Part shown: positions 1 to 8,164 of the stretch, one piece after another
Numbering within the stretch: position 1 is the first letter of the stretch
Layout of the letters: the number at the start of each line of letters is the position of its first letter
NCBI GenBank assembly: GCA_947258785.1
Contig: CAMYJT010000014.1
Coordinates: forward strand, 6,546 to 70,545
DNA from: an uncultured Gammaproteobacteria bacterium
GTDB taxonomy: Bacteria; Pseudomonadota; Gammaproteobacteria; Arenicellales; JAANXG01
Reading direction: 5' to 3'
Length of the DNA stretch: 64,000 nt
Made by a program: the position numbers and the translations under genes
The notes under the pieces: generated by a model
The model's input: the letters and a program-made list of their open reading frames with translations, nothing else
Database searches by the model: none
Told to the model about the DNA's origin: nothing

Positions 1-1
1 C

Positions 2-550
2 GCTCACGCTGACCGGCCGGGCGTGAACATGCTGCCGGATCTGTCGGACAGCAGCGCTGGGCAAATCGCAAAGGCGGTGCAGACCGTAAAACGCGCCGGT
101 GACATTGCCGTCGTCTCGATTCACTGGGGTGGCAACTGGGGCTATGTGATCCCCGCTGCACAGATGCACTTCGCACACCGGTTGATTGACAGCGCTGATG
201 TTGATGTTGTGCACGGTCATTCGTCGCACCACGTCAAAGGCATCGAAGTCTACAACGGCAAACTGATTCTTTACGGTTGCGGTGATTTTCTGACGGACTA
301 CGAAGGTATACGCGGTCGTGAGGAGTACCGGGCCGATCTCGGGCTTATGTACTTTGTGCAGCTGGAGCCGGGGAGTGGTAGCCTAGCCGGTTTGGAGATA
401 GTGCCGATGCAGACCAAGCGTTTTCGATTACACCGGGCATCGGAAGGTGACCGGCGTTGGCTGCGGGATGTATTGAACAGAGAGGGCCGGCTTTTCAGAA
501 CCCGTTTCGAACTGGGTACAGCGCAATGCCTGCTGCTCGCGTCCGGCTGA
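2..550 (+). CDS. CapA-family (poly-gamma-glutamate synthesis-like) metallophosphoesterase, C-terminal ~180 aa; 5' end outside window
   Basis: Frame stays open back to nt 2, with no stop upstream of ORF 23..550. Motifs SIHWGGNWGY and VVHGHSSHH resemble CapA/PGA_cap phosphoesterases (recalled, not searched). Confidence 0.6.
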   Translation, partial: AHADRPGVNMLPDLSDSSAGQIAKAVQTVKRAGDIAVVSIHWGGNWGYVIPAAQMHFAHRLIDSADVDVVHGHSSHHVKGIEVYNGKLILYGCGDFLTDYEGIRGREEYRADLGLMYFVQLEPGSGSLAGLEIVPMQTKRFRLHRASEGDRRWLRDVLNREGRLFRTRFELGTAQCLLLASG

Positions 551-729
551 TACCGGCCAGCTCGGATGATCTAGGGCGGCGATTGGCCTGAAGTGTCCAG
601 CCGCCTGTCACTTGGCACGGGGGCGTAGTCACGGACCGAGTATCGCGATAAGCTTGGACTGGATGCTCAGACGCTTGGGCGTTGACCGTGCCGGCAGACC
701 ATCGGTAAGCATCCAAGGCGGAGGCGTTT

Positions 730-1350
730 ATGAGCGCACTGGTCGGGCGGGATTACTGCGTGAAACATCCGTTAGAAATTACACGGCTGTTTGGCGTTGG
801 TGTTTGGATCAGCATGCTTTTGAATCGAAGAGCGAGCCTTCTGGAACAGGTGGTCGAATCCTATTCCAGGCGTGCGTTTCCGATGCCGGGCTATTTAGGC
901 CGTGCATACAAAATCGCGGCTTTGATTGAGCTTCGGGTCGCACGCATCTACGCAAGAATGGCCGAGCGGTTCAGCGATCACGCCGAGGCCCGGGAATTCT
1001 TCGAGGACCTGCGATACGAGGAGGAGGAGCACAGCCGCCTCATGACGCTTTGCCTGTACACCGTGAAGCTCAGACCGTCGGTGACGTTCATTCCTCAGAT
1101 CAGCGATCCGAAAGTACGGGGCTTGTTGCAGGAACTGCGCGGTGTGTATCGGGGGATTGATGAACTGGACCTGGATGCGGCGCTCCGAATCACCGAAAAG
1201 CTGGAGCAGGGCGAGGTGAATGTCATCTTCGACAGGATGTTGAGACAGAATCCCGACACGGAGAGCCACTTTTTCGAAGCGCAGATGCAGGCGGTGGAGG
1301 GACACAGCGAATCCGTACCGCGGCGCATCAAGGCTTTGCGAGCGGCGTAG
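730..1350 (+). CDS. ferritin-like / rubrerythrin-like helical protein (hypothetical)
   Basis: GGAGG at 720-724, 5 nt upstream of ATG 730. Glu-rich helical segments (RIYARMAERF, EDLRYEEEEHSRLM) are reminiscent of ferritin-like diiron proteins. Weak family call. Confidence 0.45.
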   Translation: MSALVGRDYCVKHPLEITRLFGVGVWISMLLNRRASLLEQVVESYSRRAFPMPGYLGRAYKIAALIELRVARIYARMAERFSDHAEAREFFEDLRYEEEEHSRLMTLCLYTVKLRPSVTFIPQISDPKVRGLLQELRGVYRGIDELDLDAALRITEKLEQGEVNVIFDRMLRQNPDTESHFFEAQMQAVEGHSESVPRRIKALRAA

Positions 1351-1555
1351 CCTGAACACCGATTCGATGGGGTGACCAAGCCACAAATTCTCTTGCATAC
1401 CGGCGCCCCGGGTATCGGTGTGACGGATATGATTGGCCGGGTCTTTGGCGTTCTCGAGGGTACGCGGTGTGGGGGTTTCTGCGCCGAACCGTTGCGCTGC
1501 CAGGGGCTTAGGTTTCTGAATCGTTCACGTATACCGTGACTAGAAGGTGGCAGAC

Positions 1556-2029
1556 ATGAAGCTTTATCTCGTACAGCATGGTGAGGCCTGTGCAAAAGAC
1601 GTGGACCCCGATCGGCCATTGACCGACCAAGGCAGGCAGGATGTCAAACGGCTTGCCGCATTTCTTGAACAGGCGGGTGTTCGGGTTGTCCGCGTGATCC
1701 ACAGCGGCAAGCTCCGAGCCGCTCAGACTGCGGAGCGTCTCGCGAACGCGCTTGCACCGGGTGTGGAGCCGGAGACCAGCGGACTCATCAATCCCAACGA
1801 CAATCCCAAGGCATTCGACTGGCAAAGCGAGAGCTGGGACAAAGACACTCTCATCGTCGGTCATCTGCCATTCATGACCAGATTGCTCTCACATCTGGTG
1901 GTCGAAGATGAGGACATGTTCATTACTGCCTATAAACCAGGGAGCGTCGTCTGCCTGGAGCGCGGAGACGATGCACACTGGCATATTGATTGGATGATCA
2001 GGCCGGAATTGCTTAGTCGGAGTAGCTAA
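1556..2029 (+). CDS. sixA: phosphohistidine phosphatase SixA-like (histidine phosphatase family)
   Basis: N-terminus MKLYLVQHGEA...DPDRPLTDQGRQD and a later HSGKLRAAQTAE match the SixA pattern. GAAGG precedes ATG 1556; the ORF-track start 1547 is an upstream GTG in the same frame. Confidence 0.75.
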   Translation: MKLYLVQHGEACAKDVDPDRPLTDQGRQDVKRLAAFLEQAGVRVVRVIHSGKLRAAQTAERLANALAPGVEPETSGLINPNDNPKAFDWQSESWDKDTLIVGHLPFMTRLLSHLVVEDEDMFITAYKPGSVVCLERGDDAHWHIDWMIRPELLSRSS

Positions 2030-2145
2030 ACCGCGAATCGCATCCGGAGCGTCTGTCGTCCGCCCATTGGCGCCCTGGAGCGCCGGGCTATGGCCTGCGA
2101 AGGGGGCCGTCTCGCTCAGCGTAAACGGGGCGCGAGTCCGGGCAC

Positions 2146-3321
2146 TCAGGGGATGATGAGCACCATGCCTTCGAATATGAGGTCGGGATTGTCGCCGATC
2201 ATGAAGCGGTTGGCATCCATGATGCGCGACCAGTAATTGCCGTCAAAGTAAAAGAAGGCGGCAATCCGGGACAAGGAGTCGCCCTCCTTGACGGTGTAGA
2301 TGCCACGCGCGCTGGTGAGGCGCGCGACATCACGTTGAGCTTCCTCCAGCGTCACGCGGATCCGCTCGATCTCGGCTAGCTTGGCCTCGTTGAGCTGGCC
2401 GAGCCTCGTCTTTTCGCTGAGCAGCTTCTCGTACTGTGAAGTGAGATCGGACGCTTTGGATTGCGCCCGCTCGAGTTCTCCGGCGGTCGTGGTGAGCCTA
2501 CGCTCTAGACTAACGACTGTGCCTTCGAGTTCACCATGCCGAAGTGCCAGGTGCTCCCGATCGCGCTTCAACGCCTGGAGTTTGGTGCGCAGGTCTGCAT
2601 GGCTGCGCTCAAGGGCGTCGAGCTTTGCTGCGAGTTCGTGGTTTTGGATCTGGATGCGGTCCTTTTCGGTACGCTCGCGTTCGAGTTGTACGGATAATGC
2701 CGCGACCTCGTCGCGCGCCTTGGCAAGTTTGCTGCGGGCACCATCGAGTTCCTCGTTGGTGTGTGCCTCGGTGGCTTCGAGCTCGCTAGTGAGGCTGTGT
2801 AGCTGGTCTTGCTCAACACGCAGGTCTTTGTGTGTGCGCTCGAGGGCGTTGAGCTTCGCCAATAGTTCGCGGTTTTCGCTCTGGATACGGTCCTTGTCGT
2901 CGCGCTCGCGTTCGAGCTGTGCGGTTAATGCCGCTGCCTTGGGTGTGTTGGCGGGAGTGCCCAGCGGCTCTTGATTGGCGCCGCTTGCCGTCGGGGTGGA
3001 CTGCAGCTCGGCAGCGAGCCGGTTACTCTGAAGCGCTAACTGGTCCCGCTCACTCAGAAGCGCTTGCGTCCGCTTGTCGAGCGCCGAGTAGTCTGCCGCA
3101 AGCCTCTGCGCGCGTTCGGCGGCTGTGTCGCGGGCGCTTTCAGCCTGCGCGAGCGCGTCCTTTGCCTCCTCGAGCCGCACCTGCAGGTCTTCGCCCTGTT
3201 TACGGGCACGGTCCTCGATTGACATCTTCTCACGGCCGACGTCCGCCAGGCGCCAGCCCACGACTATCAGCAACACCGCAAGCACTACCAGCGCCGCGTT
3301 CTTCATACCTGCTGCACCCAT
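2146..3321 (-). CDS. membrane-anchored coiled-coil protein with C-terminal LysM domain
   Basis: N-terminal hydrophobic anchor MGAAGMKNAALVVLAVLLIVVGW, then a long heptad-like Q/E/R/L-rich region. C-terminal YTVKEGDSLSRIAAFFY...NPDLIFEGMVLIIP is LysM-like. Start trimmed from ORF 2146..3444 to Met at 3321. Confidence 0.7.
   Translation of the reverse strand: MGAAGMKNAALVVLAVLLIVVGWRLADVGREKMSIEDRARKQGEDLQVRLEEAKDALAQAESARDTAAERAQRLAADYSALDKRTQALLSERDQLALQSNRLAAELQSTPTASGANQEPLGTPANTPKAAALTAQLERERDDKDRIQSENRELLAKLNALERTHKDLRVEQDQLHSLTSELEATEAHTNEELDGARSKLAKARDEVAALSVQLERERTEKDRIQIQNHELAAKLDALERSHADLRTKLQALKRDREHLALRHGELEGTVVSLERRLTTTAGELERAQSKASDLTSQYEKLLSEKTRLGQLNEAKLAEIERIRVTLEEAQRDVARLTSARGIYTVKEGDSLSRIAAFFYFDGNYWSRIMDANRFMIGDNPDLIFEGMVLIIP
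2591..2935. repeat. intragenic imperfect direct duplication (two ~114-bp copies, 231-bp register) inside the LysM gene
   Basis: 2591-2704 and 2822-2935 align by eye. Both encode QLERER(D/T)(D/E)KDRIQ..N.EL.AKL.ALER.H.DLR. Confidence 0.7.
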
Positions 3322-3366
3322 CAGACCAACCTCACCGTCAACCCGAGACCTATTGTGCCAGGATCG

Positions 3367-3426
3367 ACAAACTAAACAAACTAAGGACATCCATCGAGTT
3401 GGCAAACTGGGGACATCCATGGATTG
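3367..3426 (+). repeat. left flanking repeat doublet of the transposase unit
   Basis: ACAAACTAA occurs twice (3367-3384). Two ~25-bp units follow: 3376-3400 ACAAACTAAGGACATCCATCGAGTT and 3402-3426 GCAAACTGGGGACATCCATGGATTG. Confidence 0.65.
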
Positions 3427-3619
3427 TCGATACAGACCCACCAATTCTCAGACCATTTAGTCTGGACCCGGGTGGCTTTCGGCCGGGGCTATTCCGTATG
3501 TAGAAGGACGCGGTGACTGGATCGCGTCGTTTTCACGGGACGAAAGCGTGGTACCGACGAAACAGACGATAGGGCGCCGTTTACGGGAACCACAGAATTA
3601 AAGCAGGGGGTGGTAGGAA

Positions 3620-4594
3620 TCAGAGTGTGGCTGCGGAGGAATACAACCGTCGGTTCGCCCCAAGGCCGCACAGCCAGTGCTGGTTGAGCCGTTGGCACAA
3701 GGAGTGGATGCGCTCCAGGGGCCCGATGACTCGATAGAATCCGGTCTCAAAATCCCGCAAACACTTGAGCCAGGTTTCGGACGGCAGCGCTAAACGTTCC
3801 AGATACGTTGGGTGGTCTTTGGGAATTGAACCCCGTTTGCCGTCGCGAATGGCTCGGCCGGTCCAATCGACGAGCGCAAGGTAATCGGAGAGAACGATAG
3901 GAATCGGGTCTTCGTGTCGCCGTCTTTTGTCCAGAAAGGGGCACACCACCGGAGTCAGCCGCCCCTGAATCCGTTGATGCACGGAGGTGAACGTCGAGGT
4001 TTCTGGGGTTTCGGCTAGGTTGGCCCGGATCGGATTAAGATCGACATAGGCCATGGCCGTAAGAAGTGCCCTTTCATCCAGCAGGGCCCGGGACCGGAAC
4101 CGGCCCTCCCAGAAGCGCCCGGTACACTCGTCCTCGGCATTGGCTCGGCGTGCTAGATACTCGTTCAGGCAGCGCATGAACCAGCTTAGATCACACAGCC
4201 TTTCCCGCCAACTCTCAATCTGTTGGGATACTGCATCCTGTTCCGGTGCGGACAGAGCTGCCCCTTCCCGCCAGCGCTCGATTAACCGTGGTAAATGGAA
4301 CAGCTTAGCCCATCGGTCGGCCACCGCCTCCGCGCCCCAATACTGAGCACGCACGGGGGCGAGCCTGAGTACTAAATGTGTGTGATTGGCCATGATACTG
4401 TAGGCACACAGGTCGATGGCAAACACTGAGACCAAGGTGGCCAAGCGGTCGCGGATCCATACTTTGCGGTGTTCGAAGGTTTTTCCGGAGTACTGGTCAA
4501 AGCCGCACAAGAACGCCCGGCGGACACAGCGGGAGACCACGTGGTAGTAGGGGGTATCAGCAGCGCAGACGAGTTCCTTTCGCGGACGGGTCAT
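3620..4594 (-). CDS. Y1/HUH tyrosine transposase, IS200/RAYT-like, long (324 aa) form
   Basis: HUH motif in SIMANHTHLVLRL and a Tyr motif in AMAYVDLNPIRA. GGAGG upstream of the ATG at 4594. Family recalled as PF01797-like. Confidence 0.75.
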   Translation of the reverse strand: MTRPRKELVCAADTPYYHVVSRCVRRAFLCGFDQYSGKTFEHRKVWIRDRLATLVSVFAIDLCAYSIMANHTHLVLRLAPVRAQYWGAEAVADRWAKLFHLPRLIERWREGAALSAPEQDAVSQQIESWRERLCDLSWFMRCLNEYLARRANAEDECTGRFWEGRFRSRALLDERALLTAMAYVDLNPIRANLAETPETSTFTSVHQRIQGRLTPVVCPFLDKRRRHEDPIPIVLSDYLALVDWTGRAIRDGKRGSIPKDHPTYLERLALPSETWLKCLRDFETGFYRVIGPLERIHSLCQRLNQHWLCGLGANRRLYSSAATL

Positions 4595-4655
4595 CTTTGA
4601 ACCTCCATGTTCGATCGTCCAGCCACGCTACTTACCTGTGCCGAGCTTGTCAAGC

Positions 4656-4722
4656 AAATTGATGGGTGTCCTCAAGTTGATGGTCAAGGAAATTGATGGG
4701 TGTCCTCAAGTTGATGGTCAAG
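4656..4722 (-). repeat. right flanking repeat doublet (two tandem 34-bp-register units), inverted relative to 3367-3426
   Basis: Units 4656-4688 and 4690-4722 are AAATTGATGGGTGTCCTCAAGTTGATGGTCAAG. The reverse complement contains TCAACTTGAGGACACCCATCAATTT, matching the left-flank core GGACAYCCATSRATT. Confidence 0.7.
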
Positions 4723-4848
4723 ATGATGTTACGGGGGTTGGCCAAGTCTTTCTCGGGCCAACGGGATGTTGGTAAATTAGCGGCCGGTATGTACTGATAT
4801 TGGCGCATTCGGTGGGCGGAACCGGGAAGCGACACGAACCGTATCCAT

Positions 4849-5508
4849 ATGGCATTGCACGAACTGATCCCAATTGCAATTAACATTGTGCTCGCCGCAA
4901 GCCCGATGTTCCCGGCGTTTGCCGACGACGAGTTGGACGCATTGATGGAGATTGCCGATGAGGCGTTCCGCCCCGTCACCCGCCCGCTCGACCGGCCGGT
5001 GTTCCTGCACAGTAAGGCCTTGAAAGTGACGCCGGAGTCGCTGAACGGCGGCTGGGTCCGGAATTATCAATGTCATCGGCATTTCGCCACGACGCCCGCC
5101 CTCGAGATCGTGTTTCCAGCGGGCGCCATTCGCGATATTGAGATTGTCGAGTCGAGTGCGCTGGGCCACGTGCAGGTGGACGGACCGACCGTCCTGCTCG
5201 AAGGTGTGCAGGGCAACTCGACACTGTGCTTTCGCAGCGAGAACCGCTTGCTGGAAACCGCGGATGCGGGAGCGTACCGTCTGCGGGCCGGTCCGTTCTT
5301 TCACCGCTTTCTAGACGGATACTTCCCGATGGACGTCGAGCTTACGGTGACGTTCCCCGGCCCGGTGGAGGTGCTCCACGTGTCGCCCCCGGCAGCGCCG
5401 GGTATCGACGTCACAATCTCCGATCGTAAACTGACCCTGCGCAGCCGCTTCGAGGGCACATTGTGGGTCGAGATCTTATTTCGAAAAAGAACGGAGTCGG
5501 GGTCGTGA
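4849..5508 (+). CDS. hypothetical protein with signal-peptide-like N-terminus
   Basis: GC3-rich codon pattern throughout. N-terminus MALHELIPIAINIVLAASPMFPAFADDE. No family recognised and no clear SD. Confidence 0.5.
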   Translation: MALHELIPIAINIVLAASPMFPAFADDELDALMEIADEAFRPVTRPLDRPVFLHSKALKVTPESLNGGWVRNYQCHRHFATTPALEIVFPAGAIRDIEIVESSALGHVQVDGPTVLLEGVQGNSTLCFRSENRLLETADAGAYRLRAGPFFHRFLDGYFPMDVELTVTFPGPVEVLHVSPPAAPGIDVTISDRKLTLRSRFEGTLWVEILFRKRTESGS

Positions 5509-5646
5509 CTTGCTAACGCCGGGGTCGGAGTTGCGGCTCTAACCGCCGGCAAACTTGAGCGTCTGCAACCGGCTTGCTACCGGAAGGCAGTACCCAGATC
5601 CAAGTGGACCCACCGTCCCCGCCGCGGTCCACCGCCGCAACCCGTG

Positions 5647-6393
5647 TCAGGAATCGTTCCCGGTTTCGGCGCGGACAGCCGTGGCCATCGCGCCCATGGT
5701 CGGGAACAGGAAATCCGCCTCCGGGGCCTGTTCGACCCGGGCGGTGGCGCCCCAGCTGCCGCCCTTGGAGAGCCCCTGCCGGTCGATCCAGGCCCGGGCG
5801 AGCCCCGCGTGTTTGGCGGGGACGTGATCGTGAAACATACTTTGCGCGGTGTGCAGGATCTCGCCCGGCGCGGCGCCGTGCTCGCGGTCGAGGTGATCCA
5901 GCAGGTACTCAAAATTGCGGGCTGCGGGTTTGTAGCTGCCAATGTCTTGAGCCGTGTAGACGGCGTCGAAGACCACGCCCAGTTTGCGATTCGACGCGGC
6001 GAAGCCATCCCGGTTGACGTTGGACAGAATCACCAGCTTGAACTGCCGCTTCAGAAAGCGCAGCGCATCGGCAGTGTCGGGAAATGCCGGCCAATGCGGG
6101 ATGGAGGCGCCGAACACCGCGTCCAGCTCGGGGGTGCTGTGCAGATCGAAGCGTTCGGCGAGCCGTGCGTGGACGCGGGTGAGCAGATCCGGGTAGAGCA
6201 TGTCGGGGGTCTCCGACTCCTGGGCGTTTTCGACTTCGGCGAACGCCGAGAGCGCAGTGTTGCGCGACACGGTCTCGCAGCCGTTGATCTGGATGAGCGG
6301 CTGCAGAGCATCCCAAATGCCCGTCTCCCAATCGATCAGGGTGCCGTAGCAGTCGAACGTCAGCACCGAGAAGTCCGCTAATCTTTTACTCAT
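5647..6393 (-). CDS. HAD-superfamily hydrolase, haloacid dehalogenase type II-like
   Basis: MSKRLADFSVLTFDCYGTLIDWE (DxYGT nucleophile motif) and later ILSNVN. GGAGA precedes the ATG at 6393. The long N-terminal extension of ORF 5647..6621 was discarded. Confidence 0.75.
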   Translation of the reverse strand: MSKRLADFSVLTFDCYGTLIDWETGIWDALQPLIQINGCETVSRNTALSAFAEVENAQESETPDMLYPDLLTRVHARLAERFDLHSTPELDAVFGASIPHWPAFPDTADALRFLKRQFKLVILSNVNRDGFAASNRKLGVVFDAVYTAQDIGSYKPAARNFEYLLDHLDREHGAAPGEILHTAQSMFHDHVPAKHAGLARAWIDRQGLSKGGSWGATARVEQAPEADFLFPTMGAMATAVRAETGNDS

Positions 6394-6428
6394 AATCTTT
6401 GTCTCCGCAATAAACGAACGGGGGCCGC

Positions 6429-7055
6429 TCACGGCGCGTCCAGCAGCCGCAGCGCATCCCGGAATAGAAACACGGCGAACGCCGTGAGCGTAACGGCCAG
6501 ACCACGCATGAGATAGGGATACGGTGTTCCGGTCAGCAGGCCGCGGTAACGCGCGACCATCAGCGCGACGACGATTTTGGCCCCGACGAGGAGAAGATAA
6601 AAGACCGCGATGAACAGCCACGGCGCAGCCGGGTGACCGACTACCGTCCGGAGCAGAAAGGGGGCGCCAACGGTGCCCCAGAACACGTAGGGATGGGGGC
6701 TGAGCGCGTTGACGACGACTCCCTTGCGCAGTGAGCCGGGCGGCACACCGGCGCCGCCGCCGTCCGGCGGACGGGCCCGCCAGGTCTGGTAGGCGAGGTA
6801 CAGGATGTACACGCCACCGATCGCGCCAATGGCCGCGAGCGCGCGCTCGGAATGCGCAAGGGTCCGCAACATGAACAGTGAGACCAGGATGATGGGAGCG
6901 TCGGTGAGCAGCGGAGCCGCGGCAACCAGTAACCCCTCCCGCACGCCGTGCTGCAGCGTCTGCGCAACGACGAGCGTCATGAGCGGCCCGGGCGCGATGC
7001 CCGCCGTCAAACCGAACATCACGCCTACCGAAAGAGCGGTCACGACCTCTCCCAT
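6429..7055 (-). CDS. LysE/RhtB-family amino-acid exporter
   Basis: 208 aa with about 6 hydrophobic segments. N-terminal FGLTAGIAPGPLMTLVV is typical of LysE translocators. Confidence 0.75.
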   Translation of the reverse strand: MGEVVTALSVGVMFGLTAGIAPGPLMTLVVAQTLQHGVREGLLVAAAPLLTDAPIILVSLFMLRTLAHSERALAAIGAIGGVYILYLAYQTWRARPPDGGGAGVPPGSLRKGVVVNALSPHPYVFWGTVGAPFLLRTVVGHPAAPWLFIAVFYLLLVGAKIVVALMVARYRGLLTGTPYPYLMRGLAVTLTAFAVFLFRDALRLLDAP

Positions 7056-7318
7056 CGCTCAGTACGATCCGCTGTTCATGACTTGTCGGTGAAATCCTCG
7101 ACAGTTTCCGGTCTGCCCGGTGGATGACGTATCACCCCCGGCCGAGGCATCATAGCCCGAACCGAACATGGGGCGAAGGCTCGACTCGGTGCCCCGGGCC
7201 ACCGCCCGGCAGGTTTGAACTGCCGCACCGACCGTATGAATGGTATTCTTGCGCCGGCTCATTCGGATTGAGACTGATCAATCGTCCAACTGACCTGAAG
7301 CATTGTCGTGATCGCTCT

Positions 7319-8098
7319 ATGAACAGAATCTTGCTTACCGTCGCACTCGTCTCAGTGCTGATTTCCCCGTCCTCGGCTCAGGTGGTGGGGACGCAAACCA
7401 CTCGAACCTCTACCGGGGTGGTGATGGCGGATCGCAGTGTGACGCTGGCGGCGAAGGTCGTTGGCCGCATAGCGGCGGTCAAGGTGGAAGAGGGGGACCG
7501 CGTGAACGCCGGAGACATTCTCATTGACATCGACGACGCCGAACTGCGCGCGGAGCTTGCGGCCACCGAGGCAACCGTCGATCAGGAGGAGGTCAACCTG
7601 TTGCACATGAGAAAGTTGGATAAACGGTACCAGAGCCTGTCCAAGCAAAAATCGGTGTCCGCCGACAAGGCCGATGAAGCGGCGTTCAATTACGCGCTCG
7701 CCCGAACCCGCGTAAAACGCGCCGAAGCCGACCTGGCGAGGGCGCGGGCCATGCTCGGGGAAACCAAAATTACGGCGCCCTTTGCCGGCGTCATTACCGA
7801 AAAGCGCGCCGAGGTCGGCCAGGTGACCGCGACGGGTGAGCCACTGCTGGTGCTGGAGGATCAGAGTACACTCAAGTTCCGGACCTCCGTCAAGGAGCAG
7901 GACGTGCCCCACATCGAAAAAGGCGACAGGATTACGGTAACCATCGACGCCCTGGATGACTTGATCCTCGAGGGTGCGGTGACCAGGATCATTCCTTCTG
8001 GAGACACCTCCACCCATGAGTTTGTCGTCGAGGCGGCCTTGCCCGCGCAGGACAAACTGTACCCCGGGATGTTCGGCAAGGCGGAATTCGGTCGTTAA
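7319..8098 (+). CDS. efflux RND transporter periplasmic adaptor subunit (HlyD/MFP family)
   Basis: Signal peptide MNRILLTVALVSVLISPSSAQ, then lipoyl-like and coiled-coil segments and ITAPFAGVITEK. It immediately precedes the RND permease. Confidence 0.8.
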   Translation: MNRILLTVALVSVLISPSSAQVVGTQTTRTSTGVVMADRSVTLAAKVVGRIAAVKVEEGDRVNAGDILIDIDDAELRAELAATEATVDQEEVNLLHMRKLDKRYQSLSKQKSVSADKADEAAFNYALARTRVKRAEADLARARAMLGETKITAPFAGVITEKRAEVGQVTATGEPLLVLEDQSTLKFRTSVKEQDVPHIEKGDRITVTIDALDDLILEGAVTRIIPSGDTSTHEFVVEAALPAQDKLYPGMFGKAEFGR

Positions 8099-8164
8099 CG
8101 GCGCGGGGCGGCCCGGCTTTTTCACCACCGCCGGTGTCGGACGGCCCACTGGACCACATGATAG

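Larger units (their letters stand above)
3367..4722 (-). mobile_element. putative RAYT/IS200-like unit: Y1 transposase gene plus inverted terminal repeat doublets
   Basis: Transposase ORF bracketed by inverted copies of the same ~25-bp repeat. Exact ends not determinable from one copy. Confidence 0.5.

Noticed and set aside
4656-4722. Tandem 34-bp-register repeat considered as a mini CRISPR array
   Set aside because: Only two units are present, directly abutting with no spacers and no cas genes. The inverted counterpart at 3376-3426 points to transposon-type terminal repeats instead.
5647-6621. Long N-terminal extensions in the ORF track; other examples are 7124, 14935, 19851, 51101, 55726, 58108, 59059 and 62390
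   Set aside because: The extensions are R/P/G-rich, overlap neighbouring genes or intergenic promoters, and precede internal Met/Val codons. Those internal starts align with the known family N-termini, so the starts were trimmed.
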